From: Terriglobia bacterium | GTDB taxonomy: Bacteria > Acidobacteriota > Terriglobia > Acidiferrales > UBA7541 | Direction of reading: 5' to 3' | DNA: 64,000 bases | Assembly: GCA_041500985.1 (NCBI GenBank) | Contig: JBGQNE010000016.1 | Coordinates: 3,372 to 67,371 of the forward strand | Shown: positions 1 to 9,759 of the stretch, one piece after another | How the letters are laid out: each line of letters opens with the position of its first letter | Position numbering within the stretch: the first letter of the stretch is position 1 | Translations under genes and position numbers: made by a program | Notes under the pieces: model-generated | The model's input: the letters and a program-made list of their open reading frames with translations, nothing else | Told to the model about the DNA's origin: nothing | Databases searched by the model: none

Positions 1-234
1 TAATTTTCCTGCGCCATATGCAGGCGGTCATGAGCGGTCAAAGCTATCCGGTGGCGTATTCGGTCGAGCCAGTATGGACCGACGAAAGCGGGGCCTGCGA
101 ATACCGGCTGAAGCCCGTGCGCAGCCGGATGAGATCCTATTCGCTGGAAGAGGCGAAAGGGATTCACTGAGGAAATGGAAGAGAAGGAGGGTAAAGGAAA
201 GGAGGAAAGAATAAATAAGGCAAGTGAGAGAATT

Positions 235-251
235 CGCACCAAAACGGTACA
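235..251. promoter_or_regulatory. Candidate enhancer (UAS) for a sigma54 activator
   Basis: CGCACC-AAAAC-GGTACA resembles the NtrC box TGCACC-N5-GGTGCA and lies about 190 bp upstream of the -24/-12 promoter at 440. Confidence 0.45.
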
Positions 252-439
252 ATGGCCCGTTTTGAACTTGATTTTTGGGGTATTAAAGAATCAAAACCTG
301 GAGTTCTTCCTCCCACGATGCCTGCCCATCTCGCGGGGATATACCTAAGCCATCTATTTACAGTTTCTTACTGGACATGAACAAAAAGAAGCGGCGGGGG
401 AAGGGTGTGGGCAAAGAAACATTCGGTTGGTCACCAGTT

Positions 440-454
440 TGGCACAGTCCTTGC
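440..454 (+). promoter_or_regulatory. Sigma54 -24/-12 promoter of the response regulator
   Basis: TGGCAC-AGTCC-TTGC matches the consensus TGGCAC-N5-TTGC; predicted start near 466, next to the ATG at 467. Confidence 0.75.
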
Positions 455-466
455 CTATGAAATGGC

Positions 467-1897
467 ATGACTACCACAGCACACAAGGTAGCGACCTCAG
501 CCGCTACCACACCTACGCTCACACCCTGCATCCTGGATGACGATCCGACCCAGCTGGACATTCTATCCGCGCAAATCAGCCGCATGGGCTATGAGGCGAT
601 CGCCACGGCCGATCCGCAAGAAGCTCTGGAATTCATTCATCACGGGAGTTCGCGGTTCATCCTGGCGGACATCCACATGCCGGGGATGGACGGATTCGCG
701 TTCCTGGATCAGGCGCTGCGCATCGATCCGGGAGTGCATGTGATCCTGACCACGGGAGACTATTCGCTGGAATCGGCGGTGGAAGCCATCCGGCGCGGGG
801 CGTACGACTTCCTGCCCAAGCCAATTGATTACGCGCGGCTGAAGCGGACCTTGGACGAAGCGGCGGTGCTCTTTGACCAGAGGAAAAGGGTGCGCGAGCT
901 GGAGGAGCAGTTGCTGAAGGACCATGAGTTTCACGGGATCGTGGGAAAAAGTCCGGCGATGCTGGAGGTGTTTGACCTGGCGCGCAAGGTGGCCAAGCAC
1001 TACAACAACGTCTTGCTGGTGGGAGCGACGGGAACGGGCAAGGAGCTGGTGGCGCATGCGCTGCACCAGTTGAGTCCGGTGAGCCAGCAGCGGATGGCGG
1101 TGTGCAACTGCTCGGCGATGGTGGACACGCTTCTGGAAAGCCAGTTGTTCGGGCACGTGCGCGGGGCGTTCACGGGAGCCACGGACACGAGGCCGGGGCT
1201 TTTCGAATATGCCAACGGGGGCACGGTGTTTCTGGACGAGGTGGGAGAGACGTCGCTGGCGATGCAGGCCAAGCTGCTGCGGGTGATTCAGAACCGGGAG
1301 ATCCAGCGGGTGGGCTCGCCGGAGGTGCGCCAGGTGACGGTGCGAATGATCGCGGCGACGAACCGGGATTTGCGGGCGGAGGTGCTGGCGGGAAGATTCC
1401 GCGAGGATCTATTTTACCGGCTGAGTTCGATCCAGATTCGAATACCGTCGCTGAGCGCGCGGCTCGAGGATATTCCGCTGCTGATGCAATATTTCCTGAA
1501 GAAATACAACGAAGCCTACGGGAAGCAGATCGCGGGGCTGACGCGGCGGGCGCAGACGATTCTCTTGCAGCATTCCTGGCCGGGAAACGTGCGCGAGCTG
1601 GAAAACGTGATTTCGAGCGCGTGCATCACGGCCACGGCGGAATTCATCGATATCGCGGACCTGCCCGAGCAGTTGCAAAAGCCCGAGGCCAAGCCGGCGG
1701 ACCGGGAAAACTGGCGGCCGCTCTCGCTGGAAGAGGTGCGCAAGGTGCACATTCAGCGGGTGCTGGACATGTGCCAGGGGAACCGGCTGCGCGCGGCGCA
1801 GATCCTGGGAATCGGACGCACCAGCCTGTATCGCTATCTGAAAAGGGACACCTTTCTCAGTCACCATGGGCTGAAGGCGAGCGGAGCCGCTTCCTGA
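467..1897 (+). CDS. Sigma54-dependent response regulator, NtrC/AtoC family (REC-AAA+-Fis HTH)
   Basis: REC (LDDD, DIHMPGMDG, KP), Walker A GATGTGKE, GAFTGA, FLDEV, WPGNVREL, C-terminal HTH AAQILGIGRTSLYR. Confidence 0.97.
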   Translation: MTTTAHKVATSAATTPTLTPCILDDDPTQLDILSAQISRMGYEAIATADPQEALEFIHHGSSRFILADIHMPGMDGFAFLDQALRIDPGVHVILTTGDYSLESAVEAIRRGAYDFLPKPIDYARLKRTLDEAAVLFDQRKRVRELEEQLLKDHEFHGIVGKSPAMLEVFDLARKVAKHYNNVLLVGATGTGKELVAHALHQLSPVSQQRMAVCNCSAMVDTLLESQLFGHVRGAFTGATDTRPGLFEYANGGTVFLDEVGETSLAMQAKLLRVIQNREIQRVGSPEVRQVTVRMIAATNRDLRAEVLAGRFREDLFYRLSSIQIRIPSLSARLEDIPLLMQYFLKKYNEAYGKQIAGLTRRAQTILLQHSWPGNVRELENVISSACITATAEFIDIADLPEQLQKPEAKPADRENWRPLSLEEVRKVHIQRVLDMCQGNRLRAAQILGIGRTSLYRYLKRDTFLSHHGLKASGAAS

Positions 1898-2024
1898 ACG
1901 TACCGGCGTCCGGGCCGCGCCCTGGGGCGCGAGCGCACGGCTGAGTGAGGCGCCGATCCCGAGCTGAAAGAGGGGCAAAGCGCCCGGCCCGGGCGGAAAC
2001 ACCGCAACCGAGTGGCCTTGCTTC

Positions 2025-2041
2025 TGTGCCGCGGTGGGACA
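2025..2041. promoter_or_regulatory. Candidate enhancer palindrome for the second sigma54 promoter
   Basis: TGTGCC-GCGGT-GGGACA has the same 6-5-6 layout as the box at 235 and lies about 80 bp upstream of the -24 element at 2120. Confidence 0.4.
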
Positions 2042-2061
2042 GATTCCCAACTTGCAGCAGT

Positions 2062-2082
2062 GCCGCGCGGGGCGGCTTTTTT
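2062..2082 (+). terminator. Probable intrinsic terminator after the NtrC-family gene
   Basis: GCCGC-gcggg-GCGGC followed by TTTTTT. Confidence 0.55.
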
Positions 2083-2119
2083 AACTCCTTCCCTTGCCGC
2101 AACTTCTCGGCGTGGCGAC

Positions 2120-2135
2120 TGGCACGAGCAATGCA
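2120..2135 (+). promoter_or_regulatory. Second sigma54 -24/-12 promoter
   Basis: TGGCACGAGCAATGCA with invariant GG and GC at the correct spacing. Confidence 0.65.
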
Positions 2136-2145
2136 ATAGAGAAGT

Positions 2146-2400
2146 GCGCCCGCGAAAGAAGCATCGCAGTCACTCGAGAGACAAGCAGCACGGAATTAAA
2201 GAATCCTCAGAAAAGGACGAAGCGAGCGGCGCGAAAAATGCAAGAAAGATTCAGGAGCGAAGCGAATCCTGACTTTCGAAAACAGGCCCGAAGCCGGCGC
2301 CGGACAGTAAAACGATCTTCCTAGCAAACCTAAACCAGCCCGCCAGACTCCTCAAAGGCGCCGCGCAACAATCCCCTGACTGTTGCGCGGCGCTTCTCCT
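2146..2400 (+). ncRNA. Candidate sigma54-dependent small RNA (alternative: 28-aa ORF at 2238-2324)
   Basis: Lies between a sigma54 promoter and a 13-bp hairpin; A-rich body; no convincing SD-led ORF. Confidence 0.45.
2358..2400 (+). terminator. Strong hairpin, probable 3' end of the sRNA candidate
   Basis: GCGCCGCGCAACA-atcccctgac-TGTTGCGCGGCGC, perfect 13-bp stem, then a pyrimidine tail rather than a pure U run. Confidence 0.6.
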
Positions 2401-2550
2401 CCCTTGAAGTAACAATTGAAGTTATGGAATTAAGAATGGAAAGTGACTGGCGACTCGTGGAAACAGGGGCTGCGTTTACAGCGAGGCGATGCTTTTGAGT
2501 CCGCGCTTGCCGAAAAAAATCGCAATTTCAATTTGTCGATGGAAATTACA

Positions 2551-2599
2551 GTTGAGATCCTTCGGCCCCGGTAGAAAATACCGGGGCCTCAGGATGACA
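2551..2599. repeat. Intergenic palindromic repeat, GAGATCCTTCG...CTCAGGATGAC family (half copy)
   Basis: GTTGAGATCCTTCGGCCCCGGTAGAAAATACCGGGGCCTCAGGATGACA; related copies at 20732, 22408, 30751, 43137 and 55041. Confidence 0.85.
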
Positions 2600-2613
2600 G
2601 CCTTTTTTGCGAA

Positions 2614-3309
2614 TTAACGCGCGGGAACGGACAGGTTGCTTTGCGTGCTGGCCACGGTGACGGGGACGGTGACGGTCGAGTCCACGCGCACAAACAAGCC
2701 GGTCTGCGCCGGAAGTTCGACGCCCTTGCCCTTGCGGGCGACGATGTAGACGGCGCTGCCGGCGATTCCCAGGCCCATGCCCTTCATGGCCGTGCCGAAG
2801 ACGGCGCCGGCCAATGTGCCGCCGCCCACGCCGATGGCGCCGCCGGTGATATCGCCCTTGAGATCATGGCGAGCCTCGATGACCTGCCCTTCGATAATGC
2901 GCACATCGCGGCGGGACTTGCCGCTGGCCGCCTGCGCGTGAGGTTTTTCAATGGACAGGATGCTCATGTGCACGGGAATCAGGCGGCTATCGAGTTCGAT
3001 GTAACGGAAAGCGAGATTGAGATAGGCCTGTCCGCGGAAGAGGGAAAAGCGCCGGGGAGCGGCCACGGTGCCGACGACGCCGTGCACGCGCGTGCCGGCG
3101 GGAAGAAGCAGTTGCGAGCCGAGGAAGACGGGTTCGACCACCACGGCGATGAAGGGATCGCCATCGCGCGCGCCGGAAGTGCCCACGGGGTTGAGCAGGG
3201 ACAGATGCACCTGGGTGCCCTGCAAAACCTGATGAGGCTCGGCCCGCAGAGCGGGAGACGCCAGGAAAGAAAAAACACCGAGAAGCAGAACGGACAAAAA
3301 CGCTTTCAT
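2614..3309 (-). CDS. Secreted protein with TrbI/VirB10-like beta domain and Gly-rich hairpin
   Basis: Signal peptide; LPAGTRVHGVV and VELPAQT motifs; GGAIGVGGGTLAGAVFG. Confidence 0.7.
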   Translation of the reverse strand: MKAFLSVLLLGVFSFLASPALRAEPHQVLQGTQVHLSLLNPVGTSGARDGDPFIAVVVEPVFLGSQLLLPAGTRVHGVVGTVAAPRRFSLFRGQAYLNLAFRYIELDSRLIPVHMSILSIEKPHAQAASGKSRRDVRIIEGQVIEARHDLKGDITGGAIGVGGGTLAGAVFGTAMKGMGLGIAGSAVYIVARKGKGVELPAQTGLFVRVDSTVTVPVTVASTQSNLSVPAR

Positions 3310-3644
3310 GAAAATCCTCCTGCCTGCGCGGAAACGCAGGACAGTCCCATGACGGGGGACGGCGCGGAGCTAGCTCCGGCGCTTGCCGCTGGCGCAGCGG
3401 ACCCGGCGTCCCGTTGAGGCGGGCTGCCGGGGGGATGGGGAGGAAACCATCCGCGAGAATCGTACTTCATTTGCGGGAGCGGCAAAAAAATATTTGCGGC
3501 GTTGTGCCGAGAAGAACAGCACGGGCGGAGCGCGAGGAAGCGCGCGATTTTTTTTCGGCGGAACGGCGCGGGGTTGCGCGGGCGCGCGGGCGCTGTGCTA
3601 AACTCCTGTTTGCAGCGCCGCTCTGTCCGGGGCTGCCGGAGAGT

Positions 3645-3748
3645 GGAACTTCGGGCTCTGTGCGACGAGGTCCCGCGAACCCCGCCAGGCCCGGAAGGGA
3701 GCAACGGTACCGGGAACGCCTCGGGCGCCGCAGATCACCCGAAGTTCC
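3645..3748 (+). ncRNA. ffs: Signal recognition particle RNA (4.5S)
   Basis: Domain IV motif CAGGCCCGGAAGGGAGCAAC; ends GGAACTTCGGG and CCCGAAGTTCC pair; canonical position upstream of dnaX. Confidence 0.95.
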
Positions 3749-3786
3749 TCTCCTCGAAAGAACCGGCGCCGGGAGCCACAATCCGC

Positions 3787-5646
3787 ATGAGCTACCAGGT
3801 CATCGCCCGCAAATACCGCCCGCAAACCTTCCGCGATCTCGTGGGACAGACGCACGTGACCGAAACGCTGGGCCACGCCATCGAAAAGAATCGCGTGGCG
3901 CACGCCTATATATTTTCCGGAGCGCGAGGGGTGGGCAAGACGACCGCGGCGCGCATTTTGGCCAAGGCGCTGAACTGCGCGAAAGGCGCGACAGCCGACC
4001 CCTGCGGAGAATGCCCTTCCTGCCAGGAGATAGCCGGAGGAACCTCGCTCGACGTGATCGAGATTGACGCGGCCTCCAATCGCGGCATCGATCAGATCCG
4101 CGAGCTGCGCGACATGGTGCGCTACGCTCCGGCGGCGGCGCGCACCAAGGTGGTGATCCTCGACGAAGCGCACATGCTGACCTCGGAGGCCTCCAACGCC
4201 CTGCTGAAGACGCTGGAGGAACCGCCCGACCGGGTGATCTTCGTGATGGCCACGACGGAGCCCGAAAATCTGGCGGATACGATCCGTTCGCGCTCGCAGC
4301 ATTTTCATTTCCGGGCGCTGACCTTCGCGGAGATCGCCGGGCGGATCGAGGAGATCGCCGGCAAGGAAGGCTTGAAGATCGAGAGCGGAGCGCTGGCGGT
4401 GATCGCGCGCGCGGCGGAAGGAAGCCTGCGCGACGCGCTCTCGCTGCTGGAGCAGGCGCGGGCCTTCTGCGGCGAGGAGATCCGCGACCAGCAGGTGCGC
4501 GAGCTGATGGGCATGGTGCCGGAAGACGCGCTGGACGAGCTGACCGGAGCGATCGAGGCGGGGTCGGCGGATCGCGCGCTGGCGCTGGTGCACCGCTTCC
4601 AGAAGGAAGGGCGCAATTTGCAGCATTTCTGCCGGGAAGCGATCCGGCACATGCGCAACCTGCTGATCGCGCGCGTGGCCGGGGCGGATTCCGAGCTGAT
4701 CGCGGCGACGCCGGAGCAGCGTCCGCGGCTCGCGGAAAGCGCGGCGCGCTTCAGCGAAGAGGATTTGACGCGCTATTTCCAGATTCTGCTGGAGACGGAC
4801 GAGGATTTGCGGCGCAAGCCGGACCCGCGCGTGCATCTGGAGATGGGCGTGCTGCGGATGGTGAACGCGGCGCGGCTGGCTCCACTCGAGCAATTGCTGG
4901 CGGAGATGGGGCGCGGAACGGCGCCCGCGGCGGGCGGGACGGGGGGAGCTTCGCGTGCGCGCGAGGCGGGGGCTCCGGCGCCCAGGATGGCGGCAAGCGC
5001 GGCGGCTGCGGCATCAGCGGCGGCGCCGGCGAACTATGCTCCGGCGAAAGCCTCCTTCCCTGCTCCGGCGGCTGCGGCGCCCGCGGTGCGCAATCCTGTT
5101 CCCTCGTTTTCCGCGCCGCCCGCGGCGTCCGCGCGGACGGCGGTTCCTGAAACAGCATCCGATGGCGATGGAAAAGCGGCTGCGACGGAAGAAGCACAGG
5201 AAGAAAAGAAGAGCACGGCGGAATCCGGCGCGAACGGCCACGGAACGGTGCGCGCGGAAGGCCTCGAACCGGAAAAGGTGGAGGAGATCAAGGCGCTGAT
5301 CCAGGCGGAGAAGAAATTTCTGGGCGAACTGGTGGAGCATGTGCAGCGCTGGGAGCTGAGCGGCGCGGAACTGCGGCTTTATTTTTCGGCGGAGAACCGG
5401 TCGTTCGCGGATCTGCTGGAAGGACGCGACTCGATCGAGAAGGTCCGTGGCGCATCGAGCAAAGCGCTGGGCAAGCCGGTGCGCGTCTGTGTTAAACTGG
5501 AAGCCGGATCGAATGTGGAAGAGCCGCGCGGACTGGCGGGAACGCAGGAATTGCGCGCGCAGGTCGAACGCGATCCCATGGTCCGTGCCGTGATGCAGCG
5601 CTTCGGCGGAAGAATCACCGGAGTGACGCGGCAGCCAAAGGAATGA
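3787..5646 (+). CDS. dnaX: DNA polymerase III subunit gamma/tau
   Basis: Start MSYQVIARKYRPQTF (longer ORF-track start runs through ffs); GARGVGKTT, Zn motif CGECPSC, DEAHML, RSRSQ; Ala/Pro linker. Confidence 0.97.
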   Translation: MSYQVIARKYRPQTFRDLVGQTHVTETLGHAIEKNRVAHAYIFSGARGVGKTTAARILAKALNCAKGATADPCGECPSCQEIAGGTSLDVIEIDAASNRGIDQIRELRDMVRYAPAAARTKVVILDEAHMLTSEASNALLKTLEEPPDRVIFVMATTEPENLADTIRSRSQHFHFRALTFAEIAGRIEEIAGKEGLKIESGALAVIARAAEGSLRDALSLLEQARAFCGEEIRDQQVRELMGMVPEDALDELTGAIEAGSADRALALVHRFQKEGRNLQHFCREAIRHMRNLLIARVAGADSELIAATPEQRPRLAESAARFSEEDLTRYFQILLETDEDLRRKPDPRVHLEMGVLRMVNAARLAPLEQLLAEMGRGTAPAAGGTGGASRAREAGAPAPRMAASAAAAASAAAPANYAPAKASFPAPAAAAPAVRNPVPSFSAPPAASARTAVPETASDGDGKAAATEEAQEEKKSTAESGANGHGTVRAEGLEPEKVEEIKALIQAEKKFLGELVEHVQRWELSGAELRLYFSAENRSFADLLEGRDSIEKVRGASSKALGKPVRVCVKLEAGSNVEEPRGLAGTQELRAQVERDPMVRAVMQRFGGRITGVTRQPKE

Positions 5647-5975
5647 TTATGGAAGTCAGCGCACTGCAACAGATGCTATCCCGGTTCCGGCAGCTGCAGG
5701 AGGATTTGCAGCGGCAGGTGAACGCCGTGACGGTGGAGGCTTCGGCCGGCGGCGGCATGGTCACCGTGAAGATGAACGGGCAGAAGCAGGTGGTGGACGT
5801 GCGCATCGAGCCGGAAGTCTTCGCGGGCAAGGATCAGGAAATGCTGCAGGATCTGGTGCGCGCGGCGGTGAACGAGGCTTCGCGGCGGGTGGACGAAGAA
5901 CTCGCCAGCCAGATGAAATCGCTGGCCGGGGGAATTCCCGGCATGGCCGGATTGAAAATTCCCGGCCTGTACTGA
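5643..5975 (+). CDS. ybaB: YbaB/EbfC nucleoid-associated protein
   Basis: ASAGGGMVTVKMNG and EMLQDLVRAAVNEA; lies between dnaX and recR. Confidence 0.95.
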   Translation: MIMEVSALQQMLSRFRQLQEDLQRQVNAVTVEASAGGGMVTVKMNGQKQVVDVRIEPEVFAGKDQEMLQDLVRAAVNEASRRVDEELASQMKSLAGGIPGMAGLKIPGLY

Positions 5976-6081
5976 TTGCAGGGCAAACTCTCCGCTGTCT
6001 CCCCGCTGGTCCCTGTGCTAGATTTAGTTCCTCGCCGGCAGGCGCAGGAAGCGAACGCAACTTTTTTCAGGAAAAACCCCC

Positions 6082-6681
6082 ATGCCCGATTTTGCCGCAC
6101 CCGTTGAACGGCTGATTGACGAACTCAAGCATCTTCCCGGAATCGGACAGAAGACCGCGCAGCGCCTGGCGTTTTATCTTCTGCGCATCCCCGCCGAGGA
6201 CGCCCTGGGCCTGGCCGAGGCCATCCGCAACGCCAGGGAAAAAATCCGGGCCTGCTCGATCTGCCACAACATCACCGACAACGATCCGTGCATCTACTGC
6301 ACGGGAGCGAACCGCAACAAGCGCTGCATCTGCGTGGTGGAAGAAGCGCACAACATCATGGCCATCGAGAAGACCCGGACGTATGCAGGCATGTACCACG
6401 TGCTGGGTGGGGCGCTTTCGCCGCTGCAGGGACGCGGGCCGGAGCAGCTCTTTATCAAGAGCCTGATCGAACGGCTCAAGGGCGGCGGGGTGGAAGAAAT
6501 CATCGTGGCCACCAATCCCACGGCGGAGGGCGAAGCCACGGCGGTGTACCTGTCCAAGCTGCTGAAACCGCTGGGAGTGAAAGTGACGCGAATCGGCGTG
6601 GGCATACCGGTGGGAGCCGATTTGGAATACGCGGACGAAGTGACGATGATGAAGGCGATGGAAGGGCGGCGGGAGCTCTAG
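6082..6681 (+). CDS. recR: Recombination mediator RecR
   Basis: [14 protein letters not shown] HhH, CSICHN..CIYC Zn finger, Toprim [12 protein letters not shown]. Confidence 0.98.
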   Translation: MPDFAAPVERLIDELKHLPGIGQKTAQRLAFYLLRIPAEDALGLAEAIRNAREKIRACSICHNITDNDPCIYCTGANRNKRCICVVEEAHNIMAIEKTRTYAGMYHVLGGALSPLQGRGPEQLFIKSLIERLKGGGVEEIIVATNPTAEGEATAVYLSKLLKPLGVKVTRIGVGIPVGADLEYADEVTMMKAMEGRREL

Positions 6682-6999
6682 AACTTCTAGTACTATTTTT
6701 CTTACCAATCACTTACAAAAGACTCCACTTTGGGTGTACATTTTCCACGCAGGACCGATTTTACGGCGGATAAATTGAGGCATCGGCCTGGATTTACGAG
6801 TGGATGTCTGATCTGGCCGAAGGTCCAATCTGGGTAGCAAAAAAGGCAGAATTGTTCCTGATTGAAACAGTGAAAATTAAGGCTTAGTAATGAACTTTGG
6901 GAGAACTTATATAAGTGCCTTATAGTCAGCACATTACAGGGAGAGAGAAAGTTATTATAAGAGCTAATGTGGTATCAATCGTGCGCGTAAATCGGTGAA

Positions 7000-9669
7000 A
7001 TGACTTTGCCGAATGACGCACCCAACGCGACGACAGAGCTGAAAAAGCGCCGGAGCACGAGGATTGTGCAGGCCGTGCCGCTGGTGGTAACGGGTGTGGA
7101 TGCGCTGGGGCGGCCGTTCCAGGAGCGGACTTCGACGCTGATTATCAATTGTCACGGGTGCCGCTACCAATCGAAGCATTACGTCCTGAAAAACATGTGG
7201 GTGGTGCTGGAGATTCCGCATGCGGAGCAGGGGCATGCGCCGCGAGTGGTGCGCGGGCGAGTAGCGTGGATTCAGAGGCCGCGAACGGTGCGGCAGTTGT
7301 TCCAGGTGGCGGTGGAGCTGGAGATCCCCGGCAATGTGTGGTCCATCGCGTTTCCCCCGGATGACTGGTTCAGCTGCCCGGATCTGCCCAATGTGAGCAC
7401 GGAGCTGCCCGCCAGCGCGGACGACCTGCCGGATGCGAAAGAGGTGCTGGCTGCGCTCGAAGCGTCAAGGGCCGGGGAAGAACCGGCCGAGGACGCCGTG
7501 GCGGAGGAGGCGGCGGGCAATGTGCGCTTGTTCCCCGCCGGCGGAAGCGAAAGCGGCGAGCCCTTGACGGAGCAGATGGGGACGCTGCTGGCGGACGCGC
7601 GGCAGCAGATTCAGGCGGCGGCCAAGGAAGCGGTGCAGCAGGCGGTGACGGCGGAATCGCGGGCCACGCTGCAGGACTGGCAAGCGCGGCTGGCCGAAGC
7701 GCGGGAGCATCTGGGAGCGGAAGTGACGCGGGCGATTGAAACGGTGCAGAAGGAAGCGGAATTGAAGGCGCGGGCGGCGCATGGAGCGGCAGCGGAAGCG
7801 CTGAAGAGCGACCTGCCGCGGTGGCTGGCGCCGCAGATCGAGGAGCTGACGCGGGAGATCGCCGAGCAGATGCGCAAGGCCAGCATGGCGCAGAAGGCCG
7901 TGCAGGAGCAGCACGCGCAGAAGGCGGCGCAGACGGTGCGCAGCGCGGCGCAGAACGCGGAAGAAGCGGCGGACAAATTGCGGGCCACGGTGAGCCAGGC
8001 GGAGACGCTGCTGGCGGTGCGGCTGGAGGCGGCGGCGCGGGAGCGCGAGGCGCTGGCGACTTCGTCGGAAGAGATGCGGCGGCGGCTGGCGGAAACGCTG
8101 GCGTCGGTGGAAGCCACGTGGCAGGAACGGCTGGCCGGCAGCATGAAGACGGCGCACGAGCATCTGCAACGAGTGATCGAAGGGTCGCTGCAAGGGACGG
8201 TGGAGCAGGGAGCGCAGGCGGTGGCGCGGCAGGCGTCGGCAGTCGAGGCGCGCATCCGGGAAGAAGCGGAGCGGCATGTGGAGGCGCTGGCGGAGCGTTC
8301 GGCGGCGATTGCGCGGGAACTCGAGGAGCAGCGGCGGCGGGAAGAACAAGAGTCCGGCGCGGAAGCGCCCGCGGCGCGCGCCGAACAGTTCGCGGCGCGG
8401 CTGGACACCGTGCAGCAGGTGGCCATCGAGGGATTCCAGGCGCAACTGGAACGGATTCTGGGGCAGCACCGCGAGGAGCTGAAAAAGCGCTCGCAACTGG
8501 TGCTGGAGGAAACCAACCAGCGGGTGCACAGCGCGTTCACGGATTCGGGGCGGGAAGCCGCGGCGCATTTCGAGGAGCAGATCCGCACGATGGTGCAGCC
8601 GCACCTGACGGGCGCCGAAGAGGCGCTGCAGCGGCTGACCGGGGCGCGCTCGCTGGTGGACGGGGCGCTGAGCGTGCAGGAAGAGCGCGTGCGCAAGATG
8701 ACCGAGGAAGCGTTTGGCGGGGCGCTGGCGCGATTCCGGGAGAGCATGAACAGCGCGGAAAAAGAGATTCAGCAGCGCGCGGAGGCGGTCGTAACCAGCC
8801 GCATGGAAGATCTGGAAAAGCGCAGCAGCCAGCTGCAGCACGCCACGGCCGATTCCCTTTTCCAGTCCGCGGAGTGGTACGAGAAGAAGGCCCAGACGCA
8901 GATGCAGCAGGCGCTGGACAAGGGACTGGAGCAGGCCGGGGCGCAGTTGCGCGAGCGGGCCGGGGAAATCTCCAGCGTATTCGCGACGGAAGTGGACCAC
9001 TACAGCCGGAATTTCGTGCAGCATGCGCAAACGCAGATGGAAGAGGTGCTGCGCGACGCTTTCGAGCGTTCGCGGGCGCTCTTCAGCGAAGCCGCGGACA
9101 CCACTTCGGCGGCGTTCACCGACGAGATCCAGCGCAACGCGCGCCAGGAGCTGGACGGCTTCGGCGACGCGGTAAAGAAGTCGCTCGAGGAATCCCGCGA
9201 GCAAGCGAACGCCCTGCGGGAGTCGCTGGGCGCGCAGATGAGCGCGGAGCAGGAATCGTTTCTGCGGCGCTTCCGCGAGAGCATGACCACGGCCGTGGAG
9301 GCCGGAGTTGGCGAAGCGCAGAAGCAGGTGGACGAAGGCTTGCAGGAAGTGCTGGGCTCGTGGCGGGCCATGACCGAGCAGCACCAGGAAAAGATCCGCG
9401 CGCTCTACGGGCAGATCGGGGACCAGTCGGTGGAGCAGTTCCGCGGGCGCCTGGAAAACGTTTCCAATTCGTGGATGGTGGCTACGGTCACCACGCTCGA
9501 CCGGCAGTCGCGCGACGTACTGGACGGAGTGGCGCATGCCGCCGAAGAGCGCCTGCGCACGACCTGCGCGCAAGCCTTCGCCAATATCGCGGACACCCTG
9601 CGCGAGCGGCTGAAGGAAATTTCCACGAGCTTCGCTCCTCCGCCGTCTTCCGGCAAACCCATGCACTGA
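7000..9669 (+). CDS. PilZ-like N-terminal domain fused to a long Ala/Glu/Gln-rich coiled coil
   Basis: RRSTR (RxxxR), IINCHG, GRVAW, VAVEL in the first ~125 aa; the remainder is helical and nearly Pro-free. Confidence 0.75.
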   Translation: MTLPNDAPNATTELKKRRSTRIVQAVPLVVTGVDALGRPFQERTSTLIINCHGCRYQSKHYVLKNMWVVLEIPHAEQGHAPRVVRGRVAWIQRPRTVRQLFQVAVELEIPGNVWSIAFPPDDWFSCPDLPNVSTELPASADDLPDAKEVLAALEASRAGEEPAEDAVAEEAAGNVRLFPAGGSESGEPLTEQMGTLLADARQQIQAAAKEAVQQAVTAESRATLQDWQARLAEAREHLGAEVTRAIETVQKEAELKARAAHGAAAEALKSDLPRWLAPQIEELTREIAEQMRKASMAQKAVQEQHAQKAAQTVRSAAQNAEEAADKLRATVSQAETLLAVRLEAAAREREALATSSEEMRRRLAETLASVEATWQERLAGSMKTAHEHLQRVIEGSLQGTVEQGAQAVARQASAVEARIREEAERHVEALAERSAAIARELEEQRRREEQESGAEAPAARAEQFAARLDTVQQVAIEGFQAQLERILGQHREELKKRSQLVLEETNQRVHSAFTDSGREAAAHFEEQIRTMVQPHLTGAEEALQRLTGARSLVDGALSVQEERVRKMTEEAFGGALARFRESMNSAEKEIQQRAEAVVTSRMEDLEKRSSQLQHATADSLFQSAEWYEKKAQTQMQQALDKGLEQAGAQLRERAGEISSVFATEVDHYSRNFVQHAQTQMEEVLRDAFERSRALFSEAADTTSAAFTDEIQRNARQELDGFGDAVKKSLEESREQANALRESLGAQMSAEQESFLRRFRESMTTAVEAGVGEAQKQVDEGLQEVLGSWRAMTEQHQEKIRALYGQIGDQSVEQFRGRLENVSNSWMVATVTTLDRQSRDVLDGVAHAAEERLRTTCAQAFANIADTLRERLKEISTSFAPPPSSGKPMH

Positions 9670-9759
9670 GACGGGAAACCGTGCGTGCTTTGTGACTCGT
9701 GATTCGTGAAAAGAGCGCTTTGATTCGCGTCCCCGTGTACTCCCCGGTATAATGTTGCG

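Noticed and set aside
3502-3786. N-terminal extension of dnaX in the ORF track
   Set aside because: It runs through the SRP RNA; the conserved DnaX N-terminus starts at 3787
4900-5300. Programmed frameshift or slippage site producing the DnaX gamma subunit
   Set aside because: No AAAAAAG heptamer or long A run seen in the linker
6690-6990. AT-rich gap with short palindromes and an IHF-like TACCAATCACTTA
   Set aside because: Probably promoter DNA; motifs too short or degenerate to call
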